Shown here piece after piece: positions 11,401 through 24,652 of a stretch of 64,000 bases of DNA (positions within the stretch are counted from its first letter, which is position 1; every line of letters starts with the position of its first letter). Source of the stretch: Paragordius varius (taxonomy: Eukaryota; Animalia; Nematomorpha); contig OZ176052.1 in the NCBI GenBank assembly GCA_964247055.1, positions 13,888,001 through 13,952,000 of the forward strand, given 5' to 3'. A model generated the notes under the pieces. The model saw only the letters and a program-made list of their open reading frames with translations, was not told the origin of the DNA and did not search any database. A program made the translations under genes and the position numbers.

Positions 11401-12405
11401 GGGGTGATGATGGAACTACCATAGGGCTACCCAAAAAAAATTATGGTGACATCACCTGATCAAATTTGGATTTTAGGTAGCCATTTTTATTTTTAAAATC
11501 GTATAAAATAAATTTTTTAAATAATTAAAAAATTCATAAAAGTTACATTTATAGTCCGATCCACAAAATATTTGTGGTGATGATGGAACTACCATAGGGC
11601 TACCCAAAAAAAATTATGGTGACATCACCTTATCAAATTTGGATTTTAGGTAGCCATTTTTATTTTTAAAATCGTATAAAATAAATTTTTTAAATATTTA
11701 AAAAATTCATAAAAATTACATTTATACTCCGATCTCGAAAATATTTGGGGTGATGATGGAACTACCATAGGGCTACGCAAAAAAAATTATGGTGACATCA
11801 CCTGATCAAATTTGGCCATTTTTATTTTTAAAATCGTATAAAATAAATTTTTTAAATATTTAAAATATTCATAAAAATTACATTTATACTCCGATCTCGA
11901 AAATATTTGGGGTGATGATGGAACTACCATAGGGCTACCCAAAAAAAATTATGGTGACATCACCTGATCAAATTTGGATTTTAGGTAGCCATTTTTATTT
12001 TTAAAATCGTATAAAATAAATTTTTTAAATATTTAAAAAATTCATAAAAGTTACATTTATAGTCCGATCCACAAAATATTTGTGGTGATGATGGAACTAC
12101 CATAGGGCTACCCAAAAAAAATTATGGTGACATCACCTTATCAAATTTGGATTTTAGGTAGCCATTTTTATTTTTAAAATCGTATAAAATAAATTTTTTA
12201 AATATTTAAAAAATTCATAAAAATTACATTTATAGTCCGATCCCCAAAATATTTGGGGTGATGATGGAACTACCATAGGGCTACCCAAAAAAAATTATGG
12301 TGACATCACCTGATCAAATTTGGATTTTAAGTAGCCATTTTTATTTTTAAAATCGTATAAAATAAATTTTTTAAATATTTAAAAAATTCATAAAAATTAC
12401 ATTTA
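8453..12405 (+). repeat. 12-monomer HOR, two copies (period 2062 bp)
   Basis: TTCGATCTCG at 8631/10693; GAGGGAAC at 9001/11063; 11-bp deletion TTTGG^CCATT at 9751/11813. Confidence 0.93.
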
Positions 12406-13616
12406 TAGTCCGATCCCCAAAATATTTGGGGTGATGATGGAACTACCATAGGGCTACCCAAAAAATATTATGGCGACATCACCTGATCAAATTTGGATTT
12501 TAGGTAGCCATTTTTATTTTTAAAATCGTATAAAATAAATTTTTTAAATATTTAAAAAATTCATAAAAATTACATTTATAGTCCGATCCCCAAAATATTT
12601 GGGGTGATGATGGAACTACCATAGGGCTACCCAAAAAAAATTATAGTGACATCACCTGATGAAATTTGGATTTTAGGTAGCCATTTTTATTTTTAAAATC
12701 GTATAAAATAAATTTTTTAAATATTTAAAAAATTCATAAAAATTACATTTATAGTCCGATCTCGAAAATATTTGGGGTGATGATGGAACTACCATAGGGC
12801 TACCCAAAAAAAATTATGGCGACATCACCTGATCAAATTTGGATTTTAGGTAGCCATTTTTATTTTTTAAATCGTATAAAATAAATTTTTTAAATATTTA
12901 AAAAATTCAAAAAAATTACATTTATACTCCGATCTCGACAATATTTGGGGTGATGATGGAATTACCATAGGGCTACCCAAAAAAAATTATGGTGACATCA
13001 CCTGATCAAATTTGGATTTTAGGTAGCCATTTTTATTTTTAAAATCGTATAAAATAAATTTTTTAAATATTTAAAAAATTCAAAAATATTACATTTATAC
13101 TCCGATCTCGAAAATATTTGGGGTGATGATGGAACTACCATAGGGCTACCCAAAAAAAATTATGGTGACATCACCTGATCAAATTTGGATTTTAGGTAGC
13201 CATTTTTATTTTTAAAATCGTATAAAATAAATTTTTTAAATATTTAAAATATTCATAAAAATTACATTTATACTCCGATCTCGAAAATATTTGGGGTGAT
13301 GATGGAACTACCATAGGGCTACGCAAAAAAAATTATGGTGACATCACCTGATCAAATTTGGATTTTAGGTAGCCATTTTTATTTTTAAAATCGTATAAAA
13401 TAAATTTTTTAAATATTTAAAAAATTCATAAAAATTACATTTATAGTCCGATCCCCAAAGTATTTGGGGTGATGATGGAACTACCATAAGGCTACCCAAA
13501 AAAAATTATGGCGACATCACCTGATCAAATTTGGATTTTAGGTAACCATTTTTATTTTTAATATCGTATAAAATAAATTTTTTAAATATTTAAAAAATTC
13601 ATAAAAATTACATTTA

Positions 13617-14307
13617 TAGTCCGATCCCCAAAATATTTGGGGTGATGATGGAACTACCATAGGGCTACCCAAAAAAATTTATAGTGACATCACCTGATCA
13701 AATTTGGATTTTAGGTAGCCATTTTTATTTTTAAATCGTATAAAATAAATTTTTTAAATATTTAAAAAATTCATAAAAATTACATTTAGACTCCGATCTC
13801 AAAAATATTTGGGGTGATGATGGAACTACCATAGGGCTACCCAAAAAAAATTATGGCGACATCACCTGATCAAATTTGGATTTTAGGTAGCCATTTTTAT
13901 TTTTAAAATCGTATAAAATAAATTTTTTAAATTTTTAAAAAATTCATAAAAACTACATTTAGACTCCGATCTCGAAAATATTTGGGGTGATGATGGAACT
14001 ACCATAGGGCTACCCAAAAAAATTTATAGTGACATCACCTGATCAAATTTGGATTTTAGGTAGCCATTTTTATTTTTAAAATCGTATAAAATAAATTTTT
14101 TAAATATTTAAAAAATTCATAAAAATTACATTTAGACTCCGATCTCAAAAATATTTGGGGTGATGATGGAACTACCATAGGGCTACCCAAAAAAAATTAT
14201 GGCGACATCACCTGATCAAATTTGGATTTTAGGTAGCCATTTTTATTTTTAAAATCGTATAAAATAAATTTTTTAAATATTTAAAAAATTCATAAAAATT
14301 ACATTTA
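13617..14307 (+). repeat. 2-monomer duplication (period 346 bp)
   Basis: TTTAGACTCCGATCTCAAAA at 13789/14135; AAAAAAATTTATAGTG in alternate monomers. Confidence 0.75.
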
Positions 14308-14480
14308 TAGTCCGATCTCGACAATATTTGGGGTGATGATGGAATTACCATAGGGCTACCCAAAAAAAATTATGGTGACATCACCTGATCAAATTTGGAT
14401 TTTAGGTAGCCATTTTAATTTTTAAAATCGTATAAAATAAATTTTTTAAATATTTAAAAAATTCATAAAAATTACATTTA

Positions 14481-15864
14481 TACTCCGATCTCGAAAATAT
14501 TTGGGGTGATGATGGAACTACCATAGGGCTACCCAAAAAAAATTATAGTGACATCACCTGATCAAATTTGGATTTTAGGTAACCATTTTTATTTTTAATA
14601 TCGTATAAAATAAATTTTTTAAATATTTAAAAAATTCATAAAAATTACATTTATAGTCCGATCCCCAAAATATTTGGGGTGATGATGGAACTACCATAGG
14701 GCTACCCAAAAAAAATTATAGTGACATCACCTGATCAAATTTGGATTTTGGGTAGCCATTTTTATTTTTAAAATCGTATAAAATAAATTTTTTAAATATT
14801 TAAAAAATTCATAAAAATTACATTTATAGTCCGATCCCCAAAATATTTGGGATGATGATGGAACTACCATAGGGCTACCCAAAAAAAATTATGGTGACAT
14901 CACCTGATCAAATTTGGATTTTAGGTAGCCATTTTTATTTTTAAAATCGTATAAAATAAATTTTTTAAATATTTAAAAAATTCATAAAAATTACATTTAT
15001 ACTCCGATCTCGAAAATATTTGGGGTGATGATGGAACTACCATAGGGCTACCCAAAAAAAATTATGGTGACATCACCTGATCAAATTTGGATTTTAGGTA
15101 GCCATTTTTATTTTTAAAATCGTATAAAATAAATTTTTTAAATATTTAAAAAATTCATAAAAATTACATTTATACTCCGATCTCGAAAATATTTGGGGTG
15201 ATGATGGAACTACCATAGGGCTACCCAAAAAAAATTATAGTGACATCACCTGATCAAATTTGGATTTTAGGTAACCATTTTTATTTTTAATATCGTATAA
15301 AATAAATTTTTTAAATATTTAAAAAATTCATAAAAATTACATTTATAGTCCGATCCCCAAAATATTTGGGGTGATGATGGAACTACCATAGGGCTACCCA
15401 AAAAAAATTATAGTGACATCACCTGATCAAATTTGGATTTTGGGTAGCCATTTTTATTTTTAAAATCGTATAAAATAAATTTTTTAAATATTTAAAAAAT
15501 TCATAAAAATTACATTTATAGTCCGATCCCCAAAATATTTGGGATGATGATGGAACTACCATAGGGCTACCCAAAAAAAATTATGGTGACATCACCTGAT
15601 CAAATTTGGATTTTAGGTAGCCATTTTTATTTTTAAAATCGTATAAAATAAATTTTTTAAATATTTAAAAAATTCATAAAAATTACATTTATACTCCGAT
15701 CTCGAAAATATTTGGGGTGATGATGGAACTACCATAGGGCTACCCAAAAAAAATTATGGTGACATCACCTGATCAAATTTGGATTTTAGGTAGCCATTTT
15801 TATTTTTAAAATCGTATAAAATAAATTTTTTAAATATTTAAAAAATTCATAAAAATTACATTTA
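14481..15864 (+). repeat. 4-monomer HOR, two copies (period 692 bp)
   Basis: TTTTGGGTAGCC at 14750/15442; TTTGGGATGATG and GGTAACC..TTTTAATATCG in both copies. Confidence 0.92.
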
Positions 15865-17412
15865 TAGTCCGATCCCCAAAATATTTGGGGTGATGATGGA
15901 ACTACCATAGGGCTACCCAAAAAAAATTATGGTGACATCACCTGATCAAATTTGGATTTTAGGTAGCCATTTTTATTTTTAAAATCGTATAAAATAAATT
16001 TTTTAAATATTTAAAAAATTCATAAAAGTCACATTTATAGTCCGATCCCCAAAATATTTGTGGTGATGATGGAACTACCATAGGGCTACCCAAAAAAAAT
16101 TATGGTGACATCACCTGATCAAATTTGGATTTTAGGTAGCCATTTTTATTTTTAAAATCGTATAAAATAAATTTTTTAAATATTTAAAAAATTCAAAAAA
16201 ATTACATTTATACTCCGATCTCGACAATATTTGGGGTGATGATGAAATTACCATAGGGCTACCCAAAAAAAATTATGGTGACATCACCTGATCAAATTTG
16301 GATTTTAGGTAGCCATTTTTATTTTTAAAATCGTATAAAATAAATTTTTTAAATATTCAAAAAATTCATAAAATTACATTTATACTCCGATCTCGAAAAT
16401 ATTTGGGGTGATGATGGAACTACCATAGGGCTACCCAAAAAAAATTATGGTGACATCACCTGATCAAATTTGGATTTTAGGTAGCCATTTTTATTTTTAA
16501 AATCGTATAAAATAAATTTTTTAAATATTTAAAAAATTCATAAAAATTACATTTATACTCCGATCTCGAAAATATTTGGGGTGATGATGGATCTACCATA
16601 GGGCTACCCAAAAAAAATTATAGTGACATTACCTGATCAAATTTGGATTTTAGGTAGCCATTTTTATCTTAAAATCGTATAAAATATATTTTTTAAATAT
16701 TTAAAAAATTCATAAAATTACATTTATACTCCGATCTCGAAAATATTTGGGGTGATGATGGAACTACCATAGGGCTACCCAAAAAAAATTATGGTGACAT
16801 CACCTGATCAAATTTGGATTTTAGGTAGCCATTTTTATTTTTAAAATCGTATAAAATAAATTTTTTAAATATTTAAAAAATTCATAAAAATTACATTTAT
16901 ACTCCGATCTCGAAAATATTTGGGGTGATGATGGAACTACCATAGGGCTACCCAAAAAAAATTATAGTGACACCACCTAATCAAATTTGGATTTTAGGTA
17001 GCCATTTTTATCTTAAAATCGTATAAAATATATTTCTTAAATATTTAAAAAATTCATAAAAATTACATTTATAGTCCGATCCCCAAAATATTTGGGGTGA
17101 TGATGGAACTACCATAGGTCTACCCAAAAAAAATTATAGTGACATCACCTGATCAAATATGATTTTAGGTAGCCATTTTTATTTTTAAAATCGTATAAAA
17201 TAAATTTTTTAAATATTTAAAAAATTCATAAAAATTACATTTATACTCCGATCTCGACAATATTTGGAGTGATGATGGAACTACCATAGGGCTACCCAAA
17301 AAAAATTATAGTGACATCACCTGAATTTGGATTTTAGGTAGCCATTTTTATTTTTAAAATCGTATAAAATAAATTTTTTAAATATTTAAAAAATTCATAA
17401 AAATTACATTTA

Positions 17413-20400
17413 TACTCCGATCTCGAAAATATTTGGGGTGATGATGGAACTACCATAGGGCTACCCAAAAAAAATTATAGTGACATCACCTGATCAAATT
17501 TGGATTTTAGGTAGCCATTTTTATCTTAAAATCGTATAAAATATATTTTTTAAATATTTAAAAAATTCATAAAATTACATTTATACTCCGATCTCGAAAA
17601 TATTTGGGGTGATGATGGAACTACCATAGGGCTACCCAAAAAAAATTATGGTGACATCACCTGATCAAATTTGGATTTTAGGTAGCCATTTTTATTTTTA
17701 AAATCGTATAAAATAAATTTTTTAAATATTTAAAAAATTCATAAAAATTACATTTATAGTCCGATCCCCAAAATATTTGAGGTGATGATGGAACAACCAT
17801 AGGGCTACGCAAAAAAAATTATGGCGACATCACCTGATCAAATTTGGATTTTAGGTAGCCATTTTTATTTTTAAAATCGTATAAAATAAATTTTTTAAAT
17901 ATTTAAAAAATTCAAAAAAATTACATTTATACTCCGATCTCGAAAATATTTGGGGTGATGATGGAACTACCATAGGGCTACCCAAAAAAAATTATGGCGA
18001 CATCACCTGATCAAATTTGGATTTTAGGTAGCCATTTTTATTTTTAAAATCGTATAAAATAAATTTTTTAAATATTTAAAAAATTCATAAAAATTACATT
18101 TATAGTGTGATCCCCAAAATATTTGGGGTGATGATGGAACTACCATAGGGCTACCCAAAAAAAATTAAGGTGACATCACCTGATCAAATTTGGATTTTAG
18201 GTAGCCATTTTTATTTTTAATATCGTATAAAATAAATTTTTTAAATATTTAAAAAATTCATAAAAATTACATTTATACTCCGATCTCGACAATATTTGTG
18301 GTGATGATGGAATTACCATAGGGCTACCCAAAAAAAATTATGGTCACATCACCTGATCAAATTTGGATTTTAGGTAGCCATTTTTATTTTTAAAATCGTA
18401 TAAAATAAATTTTTTAAATATTTAAAATATTCATAAAAATTACATTTATACTCCGATCTCGAAAATATTTGGGGTGATGATGGAACTACCATAGGGCTAC
18501 CCAAAAAAAATTATGGTGACATCACCTGATCAAATTTGGATTTTAGGTAGCCATTTTTATTTTTAAAATCGTATAAAATAAATTTTTTAAATATTTAAAA
18601 AATTCATAAAAATTACATTTATACTCCGATCTCGACAATATTTGTGGTGATGATGGAACTACCATAGGGCTACCCAAAAAAAATTATAGTGACACCACCT
18701 AATCAAATTTGGATTTTAGGTAGCCATTTTTATCTTAAAATCGTATAAAATATATTTCTTAAATATTTAAAAAATTCATAAAAATTACATTTATAGTCCG
18801 ATCCCCAAAATATTTGGGGTGATGATGGAACTACCATAGGTCTACCCAAAAAAAATTATAGTGACATCACCTGATCAAATTTGGATTTTAGGTAGCCATT
18901 TTTATTTTTAAAATCGTATAAAATAAATTTTTTAAATATTTAAAAAATTCATAAAAATTACATTTATACTCCGATCTCGACAATATTTGGGGTGATGATG
19001 GAACTACCATAGGGCTACCCAAAAAAAATTATAGTGACATCACCTGATCAAATTTGGATTTTAGGTAGCCATTTTTATTTTTAAAATCGTATAAAATAAA
19101 TTTTTAAAATATTTAAAAAATTCATAAAAATTACATTTATAGTCCGATCCCCAAAATATTTGAGGTGATGATGGAACAACCATAGGGCTACGCAAAAAAA
19201 ATTATGGCGACATCACCTGATCAAATTTGGATTTTAGGTAGCCATTTTTATTTTTAAAATCGTATAAAATAAATTTTTTAAATATTTAAAAAATTCATAA
19301 AAATTACATTTATAGTCCGATCCCCAAAATATTTGGGGTGATGATGGAACTACCATAGGGCTACCCAAAAAAAATTATGGTGACATCACCTGATCAAATT
19401 TGGATTTTAGGTAGCCATTTTTATTTTTAAAATCGTATAAAATAAATTTTTTAAATATTCAAAAAATTCATAAAATTACATTTATACTCCGATCTCGAAA
19501 ATATTTGGGGTGATGATGGAACTACCATAGGGCTACCCAAAAAAAATTATGGTGACATCACCTGATCAAATTTGGATTTTAGGTAGCCATTTTTATTTTT
19601 AAAATCGTATAAAATAAATTTTTTAAATATTTAAAAAATTCATAAAAATTACATTTATACTCCGATCTCGAAAATATTTGGGGTGATGATGGAACTACCA
19701 TAGGGCTACCCAAAAAAAATTATAGTGACATCACCTGATCAAATTTGGATTTTAGGTAGCCATTTTTATCTTAAAATCGTATAAAATATATTTTTTAAAT
19801 ATTTAAAAAATTCATAAAATTACATTTATACTCCGATCTCGAAAATATTTGGGGTGATGATGGAACTACCATAGGGCTACCCAAAAAAAATTATGGTGAC
19901 ATCACCTGATCAAATTTGGATTTTAGGTAGCCATTTTTATTTTTAAAATCGTATAAAATAAATTTTTTAAATATTTAAAAAATTCATAAAAATTACATTT
20001 ATACTCCGATCTCGAAAATATTTGGGGTGATGATGGAACTACCATAGGGCTACCCAAAAAAAATTATAGTGACATCACCTGATCAAATTTGGATTTTAGG
20101 TAGCCATTTTTATTTTTAAAATCGTATAAAATAAATTTTTTAAATATTTAAAAAATTCATAAAAATTACATTTATAGTCCGATCCCCAAAATATTTGAGG
20201 TGATGATGGAACAACCATAGGGCTACGCAAAAAAAATTATGGCGACATCACCTGATCAAATTTGGATTTTAGGTAGCCATTTTTATTTTTAAAATCGTAT
20301 AAAATAAATTTTTTAAATATTTAAAAAATTCAAAAAAATTACATTTATACTCCGATCTCGAAAATATTTGGGGTGATGATGGAACTACCATAGGGCTACC

Positions 20401-21038
20401 CAAAAAAAATTATGGCGACATCACCTGATCAAATTTGGATTTTAGGTAGCCATTTTTATTTTTAAAATCGTATAAAATAAATTTTTTAAATATTTAAAAA
20501 ATTCATAAAAATTACATTTATAGTGTGATCCCCAAAATATTTGGGGTGATGATGGAACTACCATAGGGCTACCCAAAAAAAATTAAGGTGACATCACCTG
20601 ATCAAATTTGGATTTTAGGTAGCCATTTTTATTTTTAATATCGTATAAAATAAATTTTTTAAATATTTAAAAAATTCATAAAAATTACATTTATACTCCG
20701 ATCTCGACAATATTTGTGGTGATGATGGAATTACCATAGGGCTACCCAAAAAAAATTATGGTGACATCACCTGATCAAATTTGGATTTTAGGTAGCCATT
20801 TTTATTTTTAAAATCGTATAAAATAAATTTTTTAAATATTTAAAATATTCATAAAAATTACATTTATACTCCGATCTCGAAAATATTTGGGGTGATGATG
20901 GAACTACCATAGGGCTACCCAAAAAAAATTATGGTGACATCACCTGATCAAATTTGGATTTTAGGTAGCCATTTTTATTTTTAAAATCGTATAAAATAAA
21001 TTTTTTAAATATTTAAAAAATTCATAAAAGTTACATTT
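17413..21038 (+). repeat. Diverged cassette duplicated at 13-14 monomer spacing
   Basis: TAGTGTGATCCCC at 18107/20525 (2418 bp); ATCTTAAAATCGTATAAAATATATT monomer ~2245 bp apart, so one extra monomer in copy 2. Confidence 0.75.
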
Positions 21039-21558
21039 ATAGTCCGATCCACAAAATATTTGTGGTGATGATGGAACTACCATAGGGCTACCCAAAAAAA
21101 ATTATGGTGACATCACCTGATCAAATTTGGATTTTAGGTAGCCATTTTTATTTTTAAAATCGTATAAAATAAATTTTTTAAATATTTAAAATATTCATAA
21201 AAATTACATTTATACTCCGATCTCGAAAATATTTGGGGTGATGATGGAACTACCATAGGGCTACCCAAAAAAAATTATGGTGACATCACCTGATCAAATT
21301 TGGATTTTAGGTAGCCATTTTTATTTTTAAAATCGTATAAAATAAATTTTTTAAATATTTAAAATATTCATAAAAATTACATTTATACTCCGATCTCGAA
21401 AATATTTGGGGTGATGATGGAACTACCATAGGGCTACCCAAAAAAAATTATGGTGACATCACCTGATCAAATTTGGATTTTAGGTAGCCATTTTTATTTT
21501 TAAAATCGTATAAAATAAATTTTTTAAATATTTAAAAAATTCATAAAAATTACATTTA

Positions 21559-24500
21559 TAGTCCGATCCCCAAAATATTTGGGGTGATGATGGAACTACC
21601 ATAGGGCTACCCAAAAAAAATTATGGTGACATCACCTGATTAATTTTAGGTAGCCATTTTTATTTTTAAAATCGTATAAAATAAATTTTTTAAATATTTA
21701 AAAAATTCATAAAAGTCACATTTATAGTCCGATCCCCAAAATATTTGTGGTGATGATGGAACTACCATAGGGCTACCCAAAAAAAATTATGGTGACATCA
21801 CCTGATCAAATTTGGATTTTAGGTAGCCATTTTTATTTTTAAAATCGTATAAAATAAATTTTTTAAATATTTAAAAAATTCAAAAAAATTACATTTATAC
21901 TCCGATCTCGACAATATTTGGGGTGATGATGGAATTACCATAGGGCTACCCAAAAAAAATTATGGTGACATCACCTGATCAAATTTGGATTTTAGGTAGC
22001 CATTTTTATTTTTAAAATGGTATAAAATAAATTTTTTAAATATTCAAAAAATTCATAAAATTACATTTATACTCCGATCTCGAAAATATTTGGGGTGATG
22101 ATGGAACTACCATAGGGCTACCCAAAAAAAATTATAGTGACATCACCTGATCAAATTTGGATTTTAGGTAGCCATTTTTATCTTAAAATCGTATAAAATA
22201 TATTTTTTAAATATTTAAAAAATCCATAAAATTACATTTATACTCCGATCTCGAAAATATTTGGGGTGATGATGGAACTACCATAGGGCTACCCAAAAAA
22301 AATTATGGTGACATCACCTGATCAAATTTGGATTTTAGGTAGCCATTTTTATTTTTAAAATCGTATAAAATAAATTTTTTAAATATTTAAAAAATTCATA
22401 AAAATTACATTTATACTCCGATCTCGAAAATATTTGGGGTGATGATGGAACTACCATAGGGCTACCCAAAAAAAATTATAGTGACATCACCTGATCAAAT
22501 TTGGATTTTAGGTAGCCATTTTTATTTTTAAAATCGTATAAAATAAATTTTTTAAATATTTAAAAAATTCATAAAAATTACATTTATAGTCCGATCCCCA
22601 AAATATTTGAGGTGATGATGGCACAACCATAGGGCTACGCAAAAAAAATTATGGCGACATCACCTGATCAAATTTGGATTTTAGGTAGCCATTTTTATTT
22701 TTAAAATCGTATAAAATAAATTTTTTAAATATTTAAAAAATTCAAAAAAATTACATTTATACTCCGATCTCGAAAATATTTGGGGTGATGATGGAACTAC
22801 CATAGGGCTACCCAAAAAAAATTATGGCGACATCACCTGATCAAATTTGGATTTTAGGTAGCCATTTTTATTTTTAAAATCGTATAAAATAAATTTTTTA
22901 AATATTTAAAAAATTCATAAAAATTACATTTATACTCCGATCTCGAAAATATTTGGGGTGATGATGGAACTACCATAGGGCTACCCAAAAAAAATTATAG
23001 TGACATCACCTGATCAAATTTGGATTTTAGGTAGCCATTTTTATTTTTAAAATCGTATAAAATAAATTTTTTAAATATTTAAAAAATTCATAAAAATTAC
23101 ATTTATAGTCCGATCCCCAAAATATTTGGGGTGATGATGGAACTACCATAGGGCTACCCAAAAAAAATTAAGGTGACATCACCTGATCAAATTTGGATTT
23201 TAGGTAGCCATTTTTATTTTTAATATCGTATAAAATAAATTTTTTAAATATTTAAAAAATTCATAAAAATTACATTTATAGTCCGATCCCCAAAATATTT
23301 GGGGTGATGATGGAACTACCATAGGGCTACCCAAAAAAAATTATGGTGACATCACCTGATTAATTTTAGGTAGCCATTTTTATTTTTAAAATCGTATAAA
23401 ATAAATTTTTTAAATATTTAAAAAATTCATAAAAGTCACATTTATAGTCCGATCCCCAAAATATTTGTGGTGATGATGGAACTACCATAGGGCTACCCAA
23501 AAAAAATTATGGTGACATCACCTGATCAAATTTGGATTTTAGGTAGCCATTTTTATTTTTAAAATCGTATAAAATAAATTTTTTAAATATTTAAAAAATT
23601 CAAAAAAATTACATTTATACTCCGATCTCGACAATATTTGGGGTGATGATGGAATTACCATAGGGCTACCCAAAAAAAATTATGGTGACATCACCTGATC
23701 AAATTTGGATTTTAGGTAGCCATTTTTATTTTTAAAATGGTATAAAATAAATTTTTTAAATATTCAAAAAATTCATAAAATTACATTTATACTCCGATCT
23801 CGAAAATATTTGGGGTGATGATGGAACTACCATAGGGCTACCCAAAAAAAATTATGGTGACATCACCTGATCAAATTTGGATTTTAGGTAGCCATTTTTA
23901 TTTTTAAAATCGTATAAAATAAATTTTTTAAATATTTAAAAAATTCATAAAAATTACATTTATACTCCGATCTCGAAAATATTTGGGGTGATGATGGAAC
24001 TACCATAGGGCTACCCAAAAAAAATTATAGTGACATCACCTGATCAAATTTGGATTTTAGGTAGCCATTTTTATCTTAAAATCGTATAAAATATATTTTT
24101 TAAATATTTAAAAAATCCATAAAATTACATTTATACTCCGATCTCGAAAATATTTGGGGTGATGATGGAACTACCATAGGGCTACCCAAAAAAAATTATG
24201 GTGACATCACCTGATCAAATTTGGATTTTAGGTAGCCATTTTTATTTTTAAAATCGTATAAAATAAATTTTTTAAATATTTAAAAAATTCATAAAAATTA
24301 CATTTATACTCCGATCTCGAAAATATTTGGGGTGATGATGGAACTACCATAGGGCTACCCAAAAAAAATTATAGTGACATCACCTGATCAAATTTGGATT
24401 TTAGGTAGCCATTTTTATTTTTAAAATCGTATAAAATAAATTTTTTAAATATTTAAAAAATTCATAAAAATTACATTTATAGTCCGATCCCCAAAATATT

Positions 24501-24652
24501 TGAGGTGATGATGGCACAACCATAGGGCTACGCAAAAAAAATTATGGCGACATCACCTGATCAAATTTGGATTTTAGGTAGCCATTTTTATTTTTAAAAT
24601 CGTATAAAATAAATTTTTTAAATATTTAAAAAATTCATAAAAATTACATTTA
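21559..24652 (+). repeat. 10-monomer HOR, second copy partial and with one extra monomer (period 1720 then 1893 bp)
   Basis: CTGATTAATTTTAGG at 21641/23361; AAATGGTAT at 22019/23739; AATCCAT at 22224/24117. Confidence 0.88.

Noticed and set aside
8453-12405. HOR copies as assembly artefacts
   Set aside because: Copies differ at private sites (T-run variant at ~9930 absent at ~11990; TTTTAAGTAG at ~12330), favouring real duplications; near-identical pairs such as the 8-mer still need read validation.
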